Shown: piece by piece, positions 29,911 to 39,636 of the stretch
How the letters are laid out: every line of letters begins with the position of its first letter
Numbering within the stretch: position 1 is the first letter of the stretch
Assembly (NCBI GenBank): GCA_041753395.1
Contig: JBGSUQ010000025.1
Coordinates: forward strand, 268,189-332,188
From: Spirochaetota bacterium
Lineage (GTDB): Bacteria; Spirochaetota; UBA4802; UBA5550
Length of the DNA: 64,000 nucleotides
Direction: 5' to 3'
The notes under the pieces: model-generated
What the model saw: the letters and a program-made list of their open reading frames with translations, nothing else
Told to the model about the DNA's origin: nothing
Databases searched by the model: none
Program-made: the position numbers and the translations under genes

Positions 29911-31983
29911 ATGTCTATTGAAATGAATGTAGAGGTTGGAAGAGAGAAGCTGAACTTCAACACCGGGTACCTGGCAAAACAGGCAGACGGGTCGGTTGTC
30001 GTATCATACGGCGAAGTGGTCGTATTCGCTTCAGCGGTCGTATCGAGAGAGATCAAAGAGGGGCAGGATTTTTTCCCTCTTACGGTTGATTATCGCGAAA
30101 AGGCGTATGCCGCAGGAAAATTTCCGGGCGGTTTCATAAAGAGGGAATCACGGCCCAGCGACAAAGAGGTGCTGACAAGCCGGCTCACGGACAGGCCCAT
30201 CCGGCCGCTGTTCCCGGGCGATTTCATCAACGAAGTACAGATCATCATTTACGTGTTCTCCGCGGACCGGAAAAACCAGCATGATATACTGGCCATCAAC
30301 GCTGCATCCGCCGCGCTGTCCGTGTCCGGAATCCCGTTCCTCGGGCCCGTGGGTGCGGTGCGCGTGGGGCGGTTGAAGGGAGAGTGGGTCGTTAATCCCA
30401 CCTTCGCTGAGGATAAGGAGAGCGATATCGACGTTGTCGTTGCGGGAACAAAAACCGCCGTGACTATGATCGAAGGGTCGGCTAAAAATATTTCTGAAGC
30501 CGATATGATCGCTGCCGTTGAGTTCGCCCATGAGCAGATCAAGAAGATCTGCGCAACGCAGGAAGAGCTTGCCAGGGCAGTGAACAAAAAGCCCTTCAAA
30601 TATACCCCCTACATACCTGATGGAAAGCTGAAGGAAGAAATCGCAAAACGATATTCCGGCGATGTTGAAAAATTATCGAACTACAAGTTGAAATTTGAGC
30701 GGGAAGACGCCAAGACCGAGATCATCGAAAGGGCGAAAAAAGAACTCGCAGAGCTCTACCCGGAAACAATCGGCCAGGCGGCCGGCGCCATCGACGATCT
30801 GGACGGCACGTTTGTGCGGAAGGGCATTCTCGAGAAGGGAGAGCGCGCCGATGGCCGCGGCCTGAAGCTGATCAGGCCCATCGATATCATGATGGGGATC
30901 CTGCCGCGGGCCCACGGTTCCGCGGTGTTCACCCGGGGCGAAACACAGAGTCTGGGCATAACGACCTTGGGATCGGTGGATGATGTCCAGCGGATGGACG
31001 ATATTGAAGGCGAGGGAGAGAAAAGCTTCATGCTCCACTACCACTTTCCCCCCTTCTCCGTCGGGGAGACGGGACGTCACGGCGGCGTCGGCCGCAGGGA
31101 AATCGGTCACGGCATGCTGGCGGAGCGCGCCCTTGAATACGCGATCCCCGACAAGTCAGTGTTCCCGTATACCATACGGCAGGTGTCGGAGATACTTGAA
31201 TCAAACGGCTCGTCTTCAATGGCATCTGTATGCTCCGCGTCACTGTCGATGTTCAATGCCGGTGTTCCTCTCAAGGCGGCCGTGGCGGGCATCGCCATGG
31301 GGCTGGTCATGGAAGGTGACAAGTATGCGATCCTGAGCGACATCATCGGCCTGGAAGACCACCTGGGCGACATGGACTTTAAAGTCACCGGCACCGACAC
31401 GGGCGTCACCGCCTTCCAGATGGACATCAAGATCCAGGGGATCACGCCCGAAATCATGAAGGTCGCCCTCGAACAGGCAAAAGAGGGACGGCTCCATATA
31501 CTCGGCATAATGAACCAGATCATGCCGAAACCAGAGAAGAAACTTTCACCTTACGCTCCGCTTATCAAAACCATCATGATCAATCCCGAGAAGATCGGTG
31601 CGGTCATAGGACCGGGCGGCAAGGTGATCAGACAGATTATAGAAGAAACCGGCACGGACATCAATGTCGAGGACGACGGATCGGTGACCCTTACCGGCCC
31701 TGACCAGGAATCGGTCGCCAAAGCGGAAGATTTCATAATGGGCCTTACCGAAGAGGTCGATGTAGACAAGGTGTATGAGGGGACCGTGCGGCGGATATTC
31801 GAATTCGGCGCCATGGTGGAGATCATGCCGGGCAAGGAAGGGCTCATCCATATTTCCAAGCTGGATAATAAGCGGGTCAACAAGGTCGAGGACGTTGTGA
31901 ATATCGGCGACCGGGTCAAGGTCAAGGTCATCAAGGTCGATGACCGGGGCCGGATCGACCTGAGTAGAAAAGACGCGATGTGA
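29911..31983 (+). CDS. pnp: polyribonucleotide nucleotidyltransferase (PNPase)
   Basis: FFPLTVDYREKAYAAGKFPGGFIKRE, two RNase PH domains, then KH and S1 domains. AAGAGG SD before ATG 29911. Confidence 0.95.
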   Translation: MSIEMNVEVGREKLNFNTGYLAKQADGSVVVSYGEVVVFASAVVSREIKEGQDFFPLTVDYREKAYAAGKFPGGFIKRESRPSDKEVLTSRLTDRPIRPLFPGDFINEVQIIIYVFSADRKNQHDILAINAASAALSVSGIPFLGPVGAVRVGRLKGEWVVNPTFAEDKESDIDVVVAGTKTAVTMIEGSAKNISEADMIAAVEFAHEQIKKICATQEELARAVNKKPFKYTPYIPDGKLKEEIAKRYSGDVEKLSNYKLKFEREDAKTEIIERAKKELAELYPETIGQAAGAIDDLDGTFVRKGILEKGERADGRGLKLIRPIDIMMGILPRAHGSAVFTRGETQSLGITTLGSVDDVQRMDDIEGEGEKSFMLHYHFPPFSVGETGRHGGVGRREIGHGMLAERALEYAIPDKSVFPYTIRQVSEILESNGSSSMASVCSASLSMFNAGVPLKAAVAGIAMGLVMEGDKYAILSDIIGLEDHLGDMDFKVTGTDTGVTAFQMDIKIQGITPEIMKVALEQAKEGRLHILGIMNQIMPKPEKKLSPYAPLIKTIMINPEKIGAVIGPGGKVIRQIIEETGTDINVEDDGSVTLTGPDQESVAKAEDFIMGLTEEVDVDKVYEGTVRRIFEFGAMVEIMPGKEGLIHISKLDNKRVNKVEDVVNIGDRVKVKVIKVDDRGRIDLSRKDAM

Positions 31984-31999
31984 TTGAACCGGTCAGTTG

Positions 32000-33259
32000 A
32001 TGGTATACAGGTACAAACAGGATAACGGATTATCCGTGCTTTTCGAGCCGATCGAGGGCGTGGTTTCGGTCTCGGTGGGCCTCTGGATCAAGTCAGGGTC
32101 CCGGAACGAGAGCGAGGATCAGCACGGGTACGCCCACTTCATCGAGCACATGCTCTTCAAGGGCACCAAGAATTATTCAGCACGGGACATTGCCCGGATC
32201 GTGGACCGCGTCGGCGGTCAGCACAACGCGGCCACGAACCGGGAATATACCTGCTACTATATCAATGTCGTGTCGGACTATATCGAGCTGGCCATGCAGC
32301 TCCTCGCCGAGACCTTTTACGATTCCCTCTTCGATTCCACAGAACTTGATAAAGAGAAGAACGTGGTCATGGAAGAGATCAGGATGTACGAGGACGCGCC
32401 CGATGAGCTCATCCATGACATGTTCATGGAAAACATGCTCAAGGGGCACCCCCTGAGCCATCCCATACTCGGGACCCACGAGAGCATACGCGGGACAACA
32501 CGGGCGAAGCTCGTTGATTTTTTCCAGGGCCAGTACCGCAATGACAATGTCATTCTGGCCATAGCAGGAAATTTTAACCGGGAAGAAGCCGAGCGGCTCA
32601 CGGCTAAATATTTTTCCCGGACCAACGGCAAGGACCCGGCAGGCTCTGAAAAACCCGGCAACCCCAGCCGTGTCGATTACTTCCACCAGGAAAAGGAGCT
32701 TGAACAGGTTCATTTCTGTCTCGGCACCGACGGGATCCGACGTGACGACGATGACCGGTGGGGGCTCTATATTATGAGCACGGTCCTCGGCGGAAGCATG
32801 TCATCGAGGCTCTTCCAGAACATCCGCGAAAAGGAAGGAATCAGTTATTCCATCTACTCGTTTCATTCATCATACAGTGACAGTGGTATATTCGGCATCT
32901 ACTGCGCGACTCTGCCGGAAAATTATGTCAGGGCCGTCGATCTGATCGCGGCCGAATGCAGTGATCTTGTTGCGAAGGGTATCACCGACGAGGAGCTCCA
33001 GGACGCAAAAGATTTTATGAAAGGCAACCTTGCACTGAGTCTCGAAAGCGTAGAGGTCCGGATGGGACAGCTCGCGAAGGACGAGATAACGTTCAAACGG
33101 AGCTTCAGTTTCAATGAGGTCGTTGATTCAATCAGCAGGGTCACCATGGACGATTTCAGGAGGATATGCGACCGGATATTCGGTAAGAAAAAATTATCGG
33201 TGGTATCTGTGGGCCAGCTGGCAGACCTGAAGATCCCTGAAACATGCATTTTGTTTTAA
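32000..33259 (+). CDS. M16-family zinc peptidase (pitrilysin/insulinase-like)
   Basis: The HxxEH zinc motif is present in HFIEHMLFKGT. ~420 aa. Confidence 0.85.
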   Translation: MVYRYKQDNGLSVLFEPIEGVVSVSVGLWIKSGSRNESEDQHGYAHFIEHMLFKGTKNYSARDIARIVDRVGGQHNAATNREYTCYYINVVSDYIELAMQLLAETFYDSLFDSTELDKEKNVVMEEIRMYEDAPDELIHDMFMENMLKGHPLSHPILGTHESIRGTTRAKLVDFFQGQYRNDNVILAIAGNFNREEAERLTAKYFSRTNGKDPAGSEKPGNPSRVDYFHQEKELEQVHFCLGTDGIRRDDDDRWGLYIMSTVLGGSMSSRLFQNIREKEGISYSIYSFHSSYSDSGIFGIYCATLPENYVRAVDLIAAECSDLVAKGITDEELQDAKDFMKGNLALSLESVEVRMGQLAKDEITFKRSFSFNEVVDSISRVTMDDFRRICDRIFGKKKLSVVSVGQLADLKIPETCILF

Positions 33260-33520
33260 GGAAACAAGTAACAACCCATCCGTGCGGGACTCTTATACAG
33301 GACTGGTTAAAAAAATTTATCATTACCTATTTTTTGCTTTACTTTGTTTTGAGGTCCTTTTAGTAAAATAAAGGCACAAATAAAACTGCTTATGTTATTT
33401 TGAAAGAGCTTACAAAACGCAGTTTTTACTTTAAAAGTGCGCTCAAGGAAACATTCTGGAAAGGTCTTTCGAAGTTTCCTTAACAAGTTCAATTCCTATA
33501 CTGGCATGTGGAGTAATGAT

Positions 33521-33949
33521 ATGGCGTCGAAAAATGATGGCATGAACAGCACCATCGGAGAAGGTTCAGTCTTCGAAGGTAAATTTTATATCAGCGGGTC
33601 ACTCCGGATCGACGGTAAGTTCGAGGGTGAGATCAAGACCGATGAGGAGCTTGTCGTGGGGGAGTCCGGTAAGGTCAAGACCGATATAGTCGCCAAGTCT
33701 GTTGTCATTGCCGGTACGGTCATTGGCAATATATCGGCCCGTAACGAAGTGCGATTGCTGGAGACCGGTAAAATACTTGGCGATATCAATGCACCCTCTG
33801 TAATACTGCAGAAGGGGGTCGTCGTTTCCGGAAATTTTAATATTACCGGAGGGCATAAAAAAGACGCTAAGAAAGTCATAGAGGAATCCTTTAACGGCGG
33901 CTCTTCACAGGGCGATACCTCAGAAGTCAGGAATATCGGTTCCCGATAA
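33521..33949 (+). CDS. bactofilin (polymer-forming cytoskeletal protein, DUF583)
   Basis: GGAG SD before ATG 33521. Repetitive beta-helix segments GKFEGEIKTDEELVVGESGKVKTDIVAKSVVIAGTVIGNISARNEVRLLETGKILGDINAPSVILQKG. Confidence 0.8.
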   Translation: MASKNDGMNSTIGEGSVFEGKFYISGSLRIDGKFEGEIKTDEELVVGESGKVKTDIVAKSVVIAGTVIGNISARNEVRLLETGKILGDINAPSVILQKGVVVSGNFNITGGHKKDAKKVIEESFNGGSSQGDTSEVRNIGSR

Positions 33950-34338
33950 AACGGGCCGGGGATCCGGCGTCATGGTCAGCTACAATCACTTTATTGAACC
34001 GCTGATGCCGCTCATGATTTGCATACCGATACTATTAAACATATAATTAAAATTATCGAATCTGCCGAATATAAAATGAGAAGGCGTTTCCCGTCTTTTT
34101 GAAAAATCAGTTTTGCGATGTTATGAAAAAAATATTTTCGAAAACGATTAAATTCAGTAAATTCACAATTTCGATTTTTTCAAACGAAATCGTCGTCGTA
34201 TATATCGGGGATAAAAAAATATTCATCAAGACCATAAGGATGAAAGTCCCTAAGATAAACCTGTTTCACCGGAGAGCTCCGCGGATCAGAAAACCCCGAT
34301 TTACAATGCCGCGGTTAGCCATCCTCACCCATCCAAAA

Positions 34339-35241
34339 ATGACGGCGCACCGGAAAAAGCTGGCCGTGGCCCTCGGGTTTGCCTTGGTTGCAATTATTTT
34401 TACTTTTTCCCTGTATCCTTCCAAACATAAAGAGGCAGTTGAGGCCGATGATGAAATGATCAAGAAAAACCTGCTCCAGTCAAAGCAGACCGATTATTCA
34501 TCCCCCGAACAATCACAAAAACTCGTGATCAGCGAACACCGCATACGAAAAGGTGAGTCCCTGCAGAAAATAGCCAAGAAATTCGGTGTGTCAGTAGATA
34601 CTATCCGGGGTACCAACAATCTAACGACGGACAGCGTCCTGAAAGACGGCATGGTGCTGAAAATCCCCAACAAGGACGGTCTGCTGCTGAAGATGCAGAA
34701 AGGTGGCGAGCTGGTTTCCATTGCCCGCAGGTACAGGGTTTCCCTGAAGAAAATAATTGAAGAGAACAATATCAGGAATCCGGATTTTGTTGCCTCGAAC
34801 ACGGTCCTCTTTATTCCCGACGCAAAACCGCTGAACGTATTTTCAGGATTCCTGTGGCCCGCTTATGGAAGGTTCATCACCTGCGGATACGGATGGCGAC
34901 GAGATCCGTATGACCCGAGTCATACGGAATTCCATCCTGGCCTTGATATCCGCTGTATTTTTCAGCCGGTTCGAGCTTCGAAGTACGGAAAGGTCGCCTA
35001 TACGGGATGGCTTGGCGGCTACGGCAAGGCCGTGATAATTGCCCACCCCGATGGATGGAAAACGCTCTATGCCCACCTTTCACGGATCATGGTCAGGGGC
35101 GGCCAGTACGTAAAGCAGGGCCAGAGCATAGCCATCAGCGGCAACACGGGCCGTTCCACCGGCGCCCACCTCCACTTTGAGATCATCAAAGGCGGCAGGA
35201 ACATCAATCCCTATATTTATTTCCGGAAGAAGAAAGGCTGA
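34339..35241 (+). CDS. LysM-domain M23 (LytM-type) metallopeptidase, membrane-anchored
   Basis: TM anchor then two LysM repeats (HRIRKGESLQKIAKKFGV..., MQKGGELVSIARRYRV...) and an M23 domain (HPGLDI...HLHFEI). The ORF is open upstream to 34099 through AT-rich sequence; conservative start used. Confidence 0.75.
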   Translation: MTAHRKKLAVALGFALVAIIFTFSLYPSKHKEAVEADDEMIKKNLLQSKQTDYSSPEQSQKLVISEHRIRKGESLQKIAKKFGVSVDTIRGTNNLTTDSVLKDGMVLKIPNKDGLLLKMQKGGELVSIARRYRVSLKKIIEENNIRNPDFVASNTVLFIPDAKPLNVFSGFLWPAYGRFITCGYGWRRDPYDPSHTEFHPGLDIRCIFQPVRASKYGKVAYTGWLGGYGKAVIIAHPDGWKTLYAHLSRIMVRGGQYVKQGQSIAISGNTGRSTGAHLHFEIIKGGRNINPYIYFRKKKG

Positions 35242-35413
35242 TACACGTTCAGGCACTATCCGGCTCCATTCAATGCAGCGATACTACCTGTCTTAAAAAA
35301 TGAATTGACTCATTTTCCCACCGGCCTCCTTTTATACACAGACATTAGTGTATGCGCCTGTACCGGGTATGCTGCCCGGCGTGCCGATATAATCTTGCAC
35401 CGGAGTGAGTTAC

Positions 35414-37492
35414 ATGCTGAAGGACGCTAATTTTTTACTGGAGCTGGGCACGGAGGAGATCCCTGCCGGGTACATCCCGCCCGCGATCGAAGCCGTGAAA
35501 AAAGTGTTCGTCGAGAACCTGGGCGGCAACCGGATAGATTTCGACTCCATCGAGGTTTTTGCCACACCCCGGCGGACCGCGGTGCTTATATCGAAACTCG
35601 CTGCGTCACAGCGCGAAGAGGAGGTGGAGCTGAAGGGCCCCTCCGTGAAAGCAGCCTATGACGCATCGGGGAAGCCCACAAAGGCCCTCGAAGGCTTCAT
35701 CAAGGGGAACGGCATCACCGCCGGTGATGTCTTCACCAGAGACTCTGACAAGGGTTCCTATGTGTTCGCGAAGAAAAAGCTGGACGCGAAAAAAACCAAG
35801 GTGCTCCTTCCCGCCATCATCACCCAGATTATCAGCGCCATTCCTTTTCCCAAACGGATGCGATGGAGCGATAAAAGCGTGACCTTTCCCCGTCCCATCC
35901 GCTATTTCGTGATACTTTTCAACAACATGGTCATACCCTTTGAGATTGACGGCATTGCTTCATCGAACATGACGCGGGGCCATTATATACAGAATAACCA
36001 CATGGTCGAGATTAAAAATATCAGCACGTATGATGATCTTTTAAAAAAGAACGGCGTCATTTTGGACCAGGCTGAACGGAAAGAGATGATACGGAAAGAG
36101 CTTGCTGCAGCGGCAAAAAAGGCCGGCGGGAAGCTCCTCGACGACGAGAGTCTTCTGGAAACCGTGACCTACCTGGTGGAGCGCCCCTACATCTGCGAAT
36201 GTCGCTTCGACCGCCAGTTCCTGGCACTCCCCGACATCGTCCTTATCGCGGAGATGCGGGAGCACCAGAAATATTTTTCCGTCGTTGACGGTGCCGGGAA
36301 GCTTACTGACGCTTTCCTGGTTGTGTCGAACAATCCCCCGACGGATAACATCAGGGCGGGGAATGAGCGCGTCATATCGGCGCGTTTCAACGACGCGCGC
36401 TTCTTCTATAACGAGGACCGAAAGATGAAACTCGCGGACCGCGTCGGGTCCCTCAAGACTGTCCTGTTCCACAAGGAACTGGGATCGATATATGACAAGG
36501 TCGCGAGGATGCAGGAGATCGCCGCCTATATCGCGGAGCGTTTGAAGCTGGACGTGGCGCTCCGGGAGCGCATTGACCGCGCCGTGAACCTGTGCAAGAC
36601 CGACCTGATGACAGCGGTCGTGTTCGAGTTTCCCTCGTTGCAGGGCCACATCGGTAAAATCTACGCCTTGGAGGACGGCGAGGCGGCAGATGTGGCGGAC
36701 GCCATCGAGGACCATTATAAGCCGCGCTTCAGCGGAGAGGCGCTGTCGTCAGCCATGGTCTCCATCGTCCTTTCCCTGGCGGAGAAGATCGACAATATCT
36801 TCGGCTCCTTTTCCGTCGGAAATATCCCGAAGGGGTCGGCTGACCCCTATGCCCTCCGGAGGCAGTCCAACGCAATTGTGGAGCTGCTTATCAGAAATGA
36901 AATTAACCTGGCTTTAAAAGATCTACTGGATTCAGTGGCGGGCAACTACCGCGGCGGCAAGGAGCTTGTCACCAAGATCGTCGAGTTCGTCGCGGTCCGT
37001 GCAAAGACAATATACTCCGAAAGCGGTCTCTCTCATGACGAGATCGACGCGTGTCTGTCGACCGGCGCGAGCGATTACCTGGAACTTTACCGGAGGGCGA
37101 AGAGCATCAACGAGTTCAGGAAGAACGATAATTTTTCCCGCATGCTCCTCAGCTTCAAGCGGATGAATAATATCGTGTCTGCCTTCCGGAAGGAGAACGC
37201 AGGCCACGCACTTTCCTTAAACCAGTCGCTCTTCCAGTGCGATGAGGAAAAGGAGCTGCACCGGTTTTTTGATTCCCGGGCCGAAGCGATCGACGCGCGA
37301 ATCGCGTCGAGCAATTACATTGAACTGTTTGAACTCCTGATCGAGGGAAAACCGATCATCGACAGGTTTTTCGACAAGGTCCTGGTCATGGACAAGGATG
37401 TGAAGCTCAGGGACAACAGGCTTGCCGTACTGGAAAACATTTTGAATCATTTTACGACGCTTATGGATTTTTCGAGAATTGAAGACCGGTGA
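35414..37492 (+). CDS. glyS: glycine--tRNA ligase beta subunit
   Basis: MLKDANFLLELGTEEIPAGYIPPA is the canonical GlyS N-terminus. ~690 aa. glyQ is not adjacent. Confidence 0.9.
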   Translation: MLKDANFLLELGTEEIPAGYIPPAIEAVKKVFVENLGGNRIDFDSIEVFATPRRTAVLISKLAASQREEEVELKGPSVKAAYDASGKPTKALEGFIKGNGITAGDVFTRDSDKGSYVFAKKKLDAKKTKVLLPAIITQIISAIPFPKRMRWSDKSVTFPRPIRYFVILFNNMVIPFEIDGIASSNMTRGHYIQNNHMVEIKNISTYDDLLKKNGVILDQAERKEMIRKELAAAAKKAGGKLLDDESLLETVTYLVERPYICECRFDRQFLALPDIVLIAEMREHQKYFSVVDGAGKLTDAFLVVSNNPPTDNIRAGNERVISARFNDARFFYNEDRKMKLADRVGSLKTVLFHKELGSIYDKVARMQEIAAYIAERLKLDVALRERIDRAVNLCKTDLMTAVVFEFPSLQGHIGKIYALEDGEAADVADAIEDHYKPRFSGEALSSAMVSIVLSLAEKIDNIFGSFSVGNIPKGSADPYALRRQSNAIVELLIRNEINLALKDLLDSVAGNYRGGKELVTKIVEFVAVRAKTIYSESGLSHDEIDACLSTGASDYLELYRRAKSINEFRKNDNFSRMLLSFKRMNNIVSAFRKENAGHALSLNQSLFQCDEEKELHRFFDSRAEAIDARIASSNYIELFELLIEGKPIIDRFFDKVLVMDKDVKLRDNRLAVLENILNHFTTLMDFSRIEDR

Positions 37493-37576
37493 CACCGTAT
37501 ATTCCCGAAACTCCGCTGAAATAATTGATGACTAAGCCCGGGCGCCCGCGGCGCATCTCTGGTGCAGGTGTAAGCC

Positions 37577-38254
37577 ATGTTTGATACTGACGCAAAGAAG
37601 AGTGTATTTACATATATAAAATCGTTTCTTTATTTTGCCCGCTCGTTTTTTTACTACCAGCTCTCCTTCAAGAAGAAGTTCAAGCATATCGGCGCGGTCC
37701 CCAACGTGTGGGGGATCTGGAACGTTGTCGTCTATGGCCCCAATATCAGCATTGGGAAGGGTGTGGTCATCGTCGCCGCCAACGGCTACCGTACAAACCT
37801 TTCCACAATCAAGATGGGTGATATCGAGGGGAGGATAACCATTGGCGACAGCGTCCTGGTCATGAACGGCGTGCGGGTCAGTTCGGCGTCGTCCATCACC
37901 ATCGGCGACGGATGCATGCTGGGAAATTTCTGCTACCTGTCCGATTCTGACTGGCACGACATCCATGACAGGACCTGCATGCCCGGCGGGAGCGCCCCCA
38001 TCGTGCTGGAGCGGGGAGCGTGGATAGGCGACTCGGCCATCGTATTAAAAGGGGTCCGCATCGGCGAGAACTCCATCGTCGGCGCCGGCGCGGTGGTGAC
38101 CAAGGACGTGCCGCCCAATGTCATCGTAGCCGGGAATCCTGCCCGGGTGGTGAAGAAGCTCGACCCGGAAAAGGTGATCCTCCAGGGCGAGTGGGAACGG
38201 AAAAAGCAGATGCAGCAGCCGCCGATAACTATCCGGCGCGGGACGCGGCAATGA
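37577..38254 (+). CDS. hexapeptide-repeat (left-handed beta-helix) acetyltransferase, sugar O-acetyltransferase-like
   Basis: Repeated [LIV]-G-x-x-x-x hexads (IGDSAIVLKGVRIGENSIVGAGAVVTKDVPPNVIVAGNPARV). Confidence 0.8.
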   Translation: MFDTDAKKSVFTYIKSFLYFARSFFYYQLSFKKKFKHIGAVPNVWGIWNVVVYGPNISIGKGVVIVAANGYRTNLSTIKMGDIEGRITIGDSVLVMNGVRVSSASSITIGDGCMLGNFCYLSDSDWHDIHDRTCMPGGSAPIVLERGAWIGDSAIVLKGVRIGENSIVGAGAVVTKDVPPNVIVAGNPARVVKKLDPEKVILQGEWERKKQMQQPPITIRRGTRQ

Positions 38255-39489
38255 AAACGGAGCGTCCTCTTAAGATATGCCTCCTCTGCTACAGGGGGAA
38301 CCCCTATTCGGGCGGGCAGGGAATCTATCTCAAGTATATTGCCGACGAGATGGTGCGCCAGGGCCACGAGGTCCATGCCATCGTGGGCCCGCCCTATCCG
38401 TTCCCGATGAAGGGCGTTGTGCTCCACCAGATCCACAATAACCAGTATTTCGTACGGAAAAAATGTAATATTATCGAGACGGACAACCCCTTCGCGATAT
38501 TACAGCCCGTCAATTTCTATGAATACCTGGCCAGCAGGACCGGCGCGTTTTCCGAGATCAGCACCTTCGGGTGGCGCGCCTACATGCTTCTCCGGAAGCT
38601 CCACGATCGGCATTCCTTTGACGTCATCCATGACAACCAGTCGGTCGGATACGGACTTCTCATGATGAAATATTTCGGGATACCGGTGATCGCCACGATC
38701 CATCATCCACTTTCGATCGACCTGGTGAACGTGCTTGAGCGCACCCAGAAGTTCAAGAACAAGGCGAAGACCGTGATGTTCTATCCCACGCTGATGCAGT
38801 CGATCGTGGCAAAGCGTCTCGATCACATCATAACCGTGTCCGAAGACTCCAAAAAGATGATCCGCCGCGATTTCGGCGTCCCCCTGGAAAACCAGACCGT
38901 TGTTTACAATGGAATCGACCGGAACGTGTTCCGGCCCCTGCCCGGGGTGAAGAAGAAAAAAGGAAAGGTCATCTTTGTCGGCAATATAGAGGACGGGAAG
39001 AAGGGCTTTGCTTATCTCCTCAAGGCGCTGCCCCGCATCAACCGGCAAGTGACCATCACCGCGGTGGAGGGTGGCGCGCCCCACCATAAGGTCACGGACC
39101 GCCTCATGGAGAAGTTCGGCCTTCGGGATCGTGTCGAATTCACCGGCAAGGCCACCACTGAAGATCTGGTGCGCCACTACAGCGAGTCGGAGCTGGCCAT
39201 CGTGCCCTCAGTGTACGAGGGTTTCGGCCTCCCCGCCGCGGAGGCCATGGCCTGCGGCGTGCCCGTCGTGTCCAGCGATGGCGGCGCTCTCCCCGAGGTT
39301 GTGGGCGACGCCGGCGTGGTTGTCCCGGTGCGCGATGAGCACGCCCTGGCCGACGCTGTGAACAGCCTCATCAACGACCCGAAGCGGATGCACGACCTGG
39401 GCGGGGCCGGAATCGAGCGGGTGAAACAGCACTTCAACTGGGAAAAGGCCGTGCGGGAGATTGTCGCCGTATACACCCGGTTCCTCTGA
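38251..39489 (+). CDS. family 4 glycosyltransferase (GT-B, glycosyl transferase group 1)
   Basis: ATGA overlap with the acetyltransferase stop. C-terminal EGFGLPAAEAMACGVPVVSSDGGALPEVV motif. The ORF-track frame opens at 38020 but the true start is ATG 38251. Confidence 0.85.
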   Translation: MKTERPLKICLLCYRGNPYSGGQGIYLKYIADEMVRQGHEVHAIVGPPYPFPMKGVVLHQIHNNQYFVRKKCNIIETDNPFAILQPVNFYEYLASRTGAFSEISTFGWRAYMLLRKLHDRHSFDVIHDNQSVGYGLLMMKYFGIPVIATIHHPLSIDLVNVLERTQKFKNKAKTVMFYPTLMQSIVAKRLDHIITVSEDSKKMIRRDFGVPLENQTVVYNGIDRNVFRPLPGVKKKKGKVIFVGNIEDGKKGFAYLLKALPRINRQVTITAVEGGAPHHKVTDRLMEKFGLRDRVEFTGKATTEDLVRHYSESELAIVPSVYEGFGLPAAEAMACGVPVVSSDGGALPEVVGDAGVVVPVRDEHALADAVNSLINDPKRMHDLGGAGIERVKQHFNWEKAVREIVAVYTRFL

Positions 39490-39636
39490 ATGATTATGTC
39501 CTATTGTATTAATTGCCGCATCACAACCTCTTCATCTTGACAGAATGCTGTTGTTCTGGTATGCTTAATTCGCAGTGTATTGATTACTGTCCAATAGAGA
39601 ATCTGGAACAATGAGCATATTCCATGGAGGTGTCTC

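Noticed and set aside
34099-34338. Upstream extension of the M23 peptidase ORF starting at TTG 34099.
   Set aside because: The region is AT-rich and promoter-like, with no SD. A canonical signal-anchor N-terminus begins at ATG 34339, although starts at 34249 or 34306 cannot be excluded.
38020-38251. Upstream extension of the GT4 ORF (38020..38250).
   Set aside because: It overlaps the hexapeptide-acetyltransferase gene in another frame. The true start is the ATG at 38251, forming an ATGA overlap with the upstream stop.
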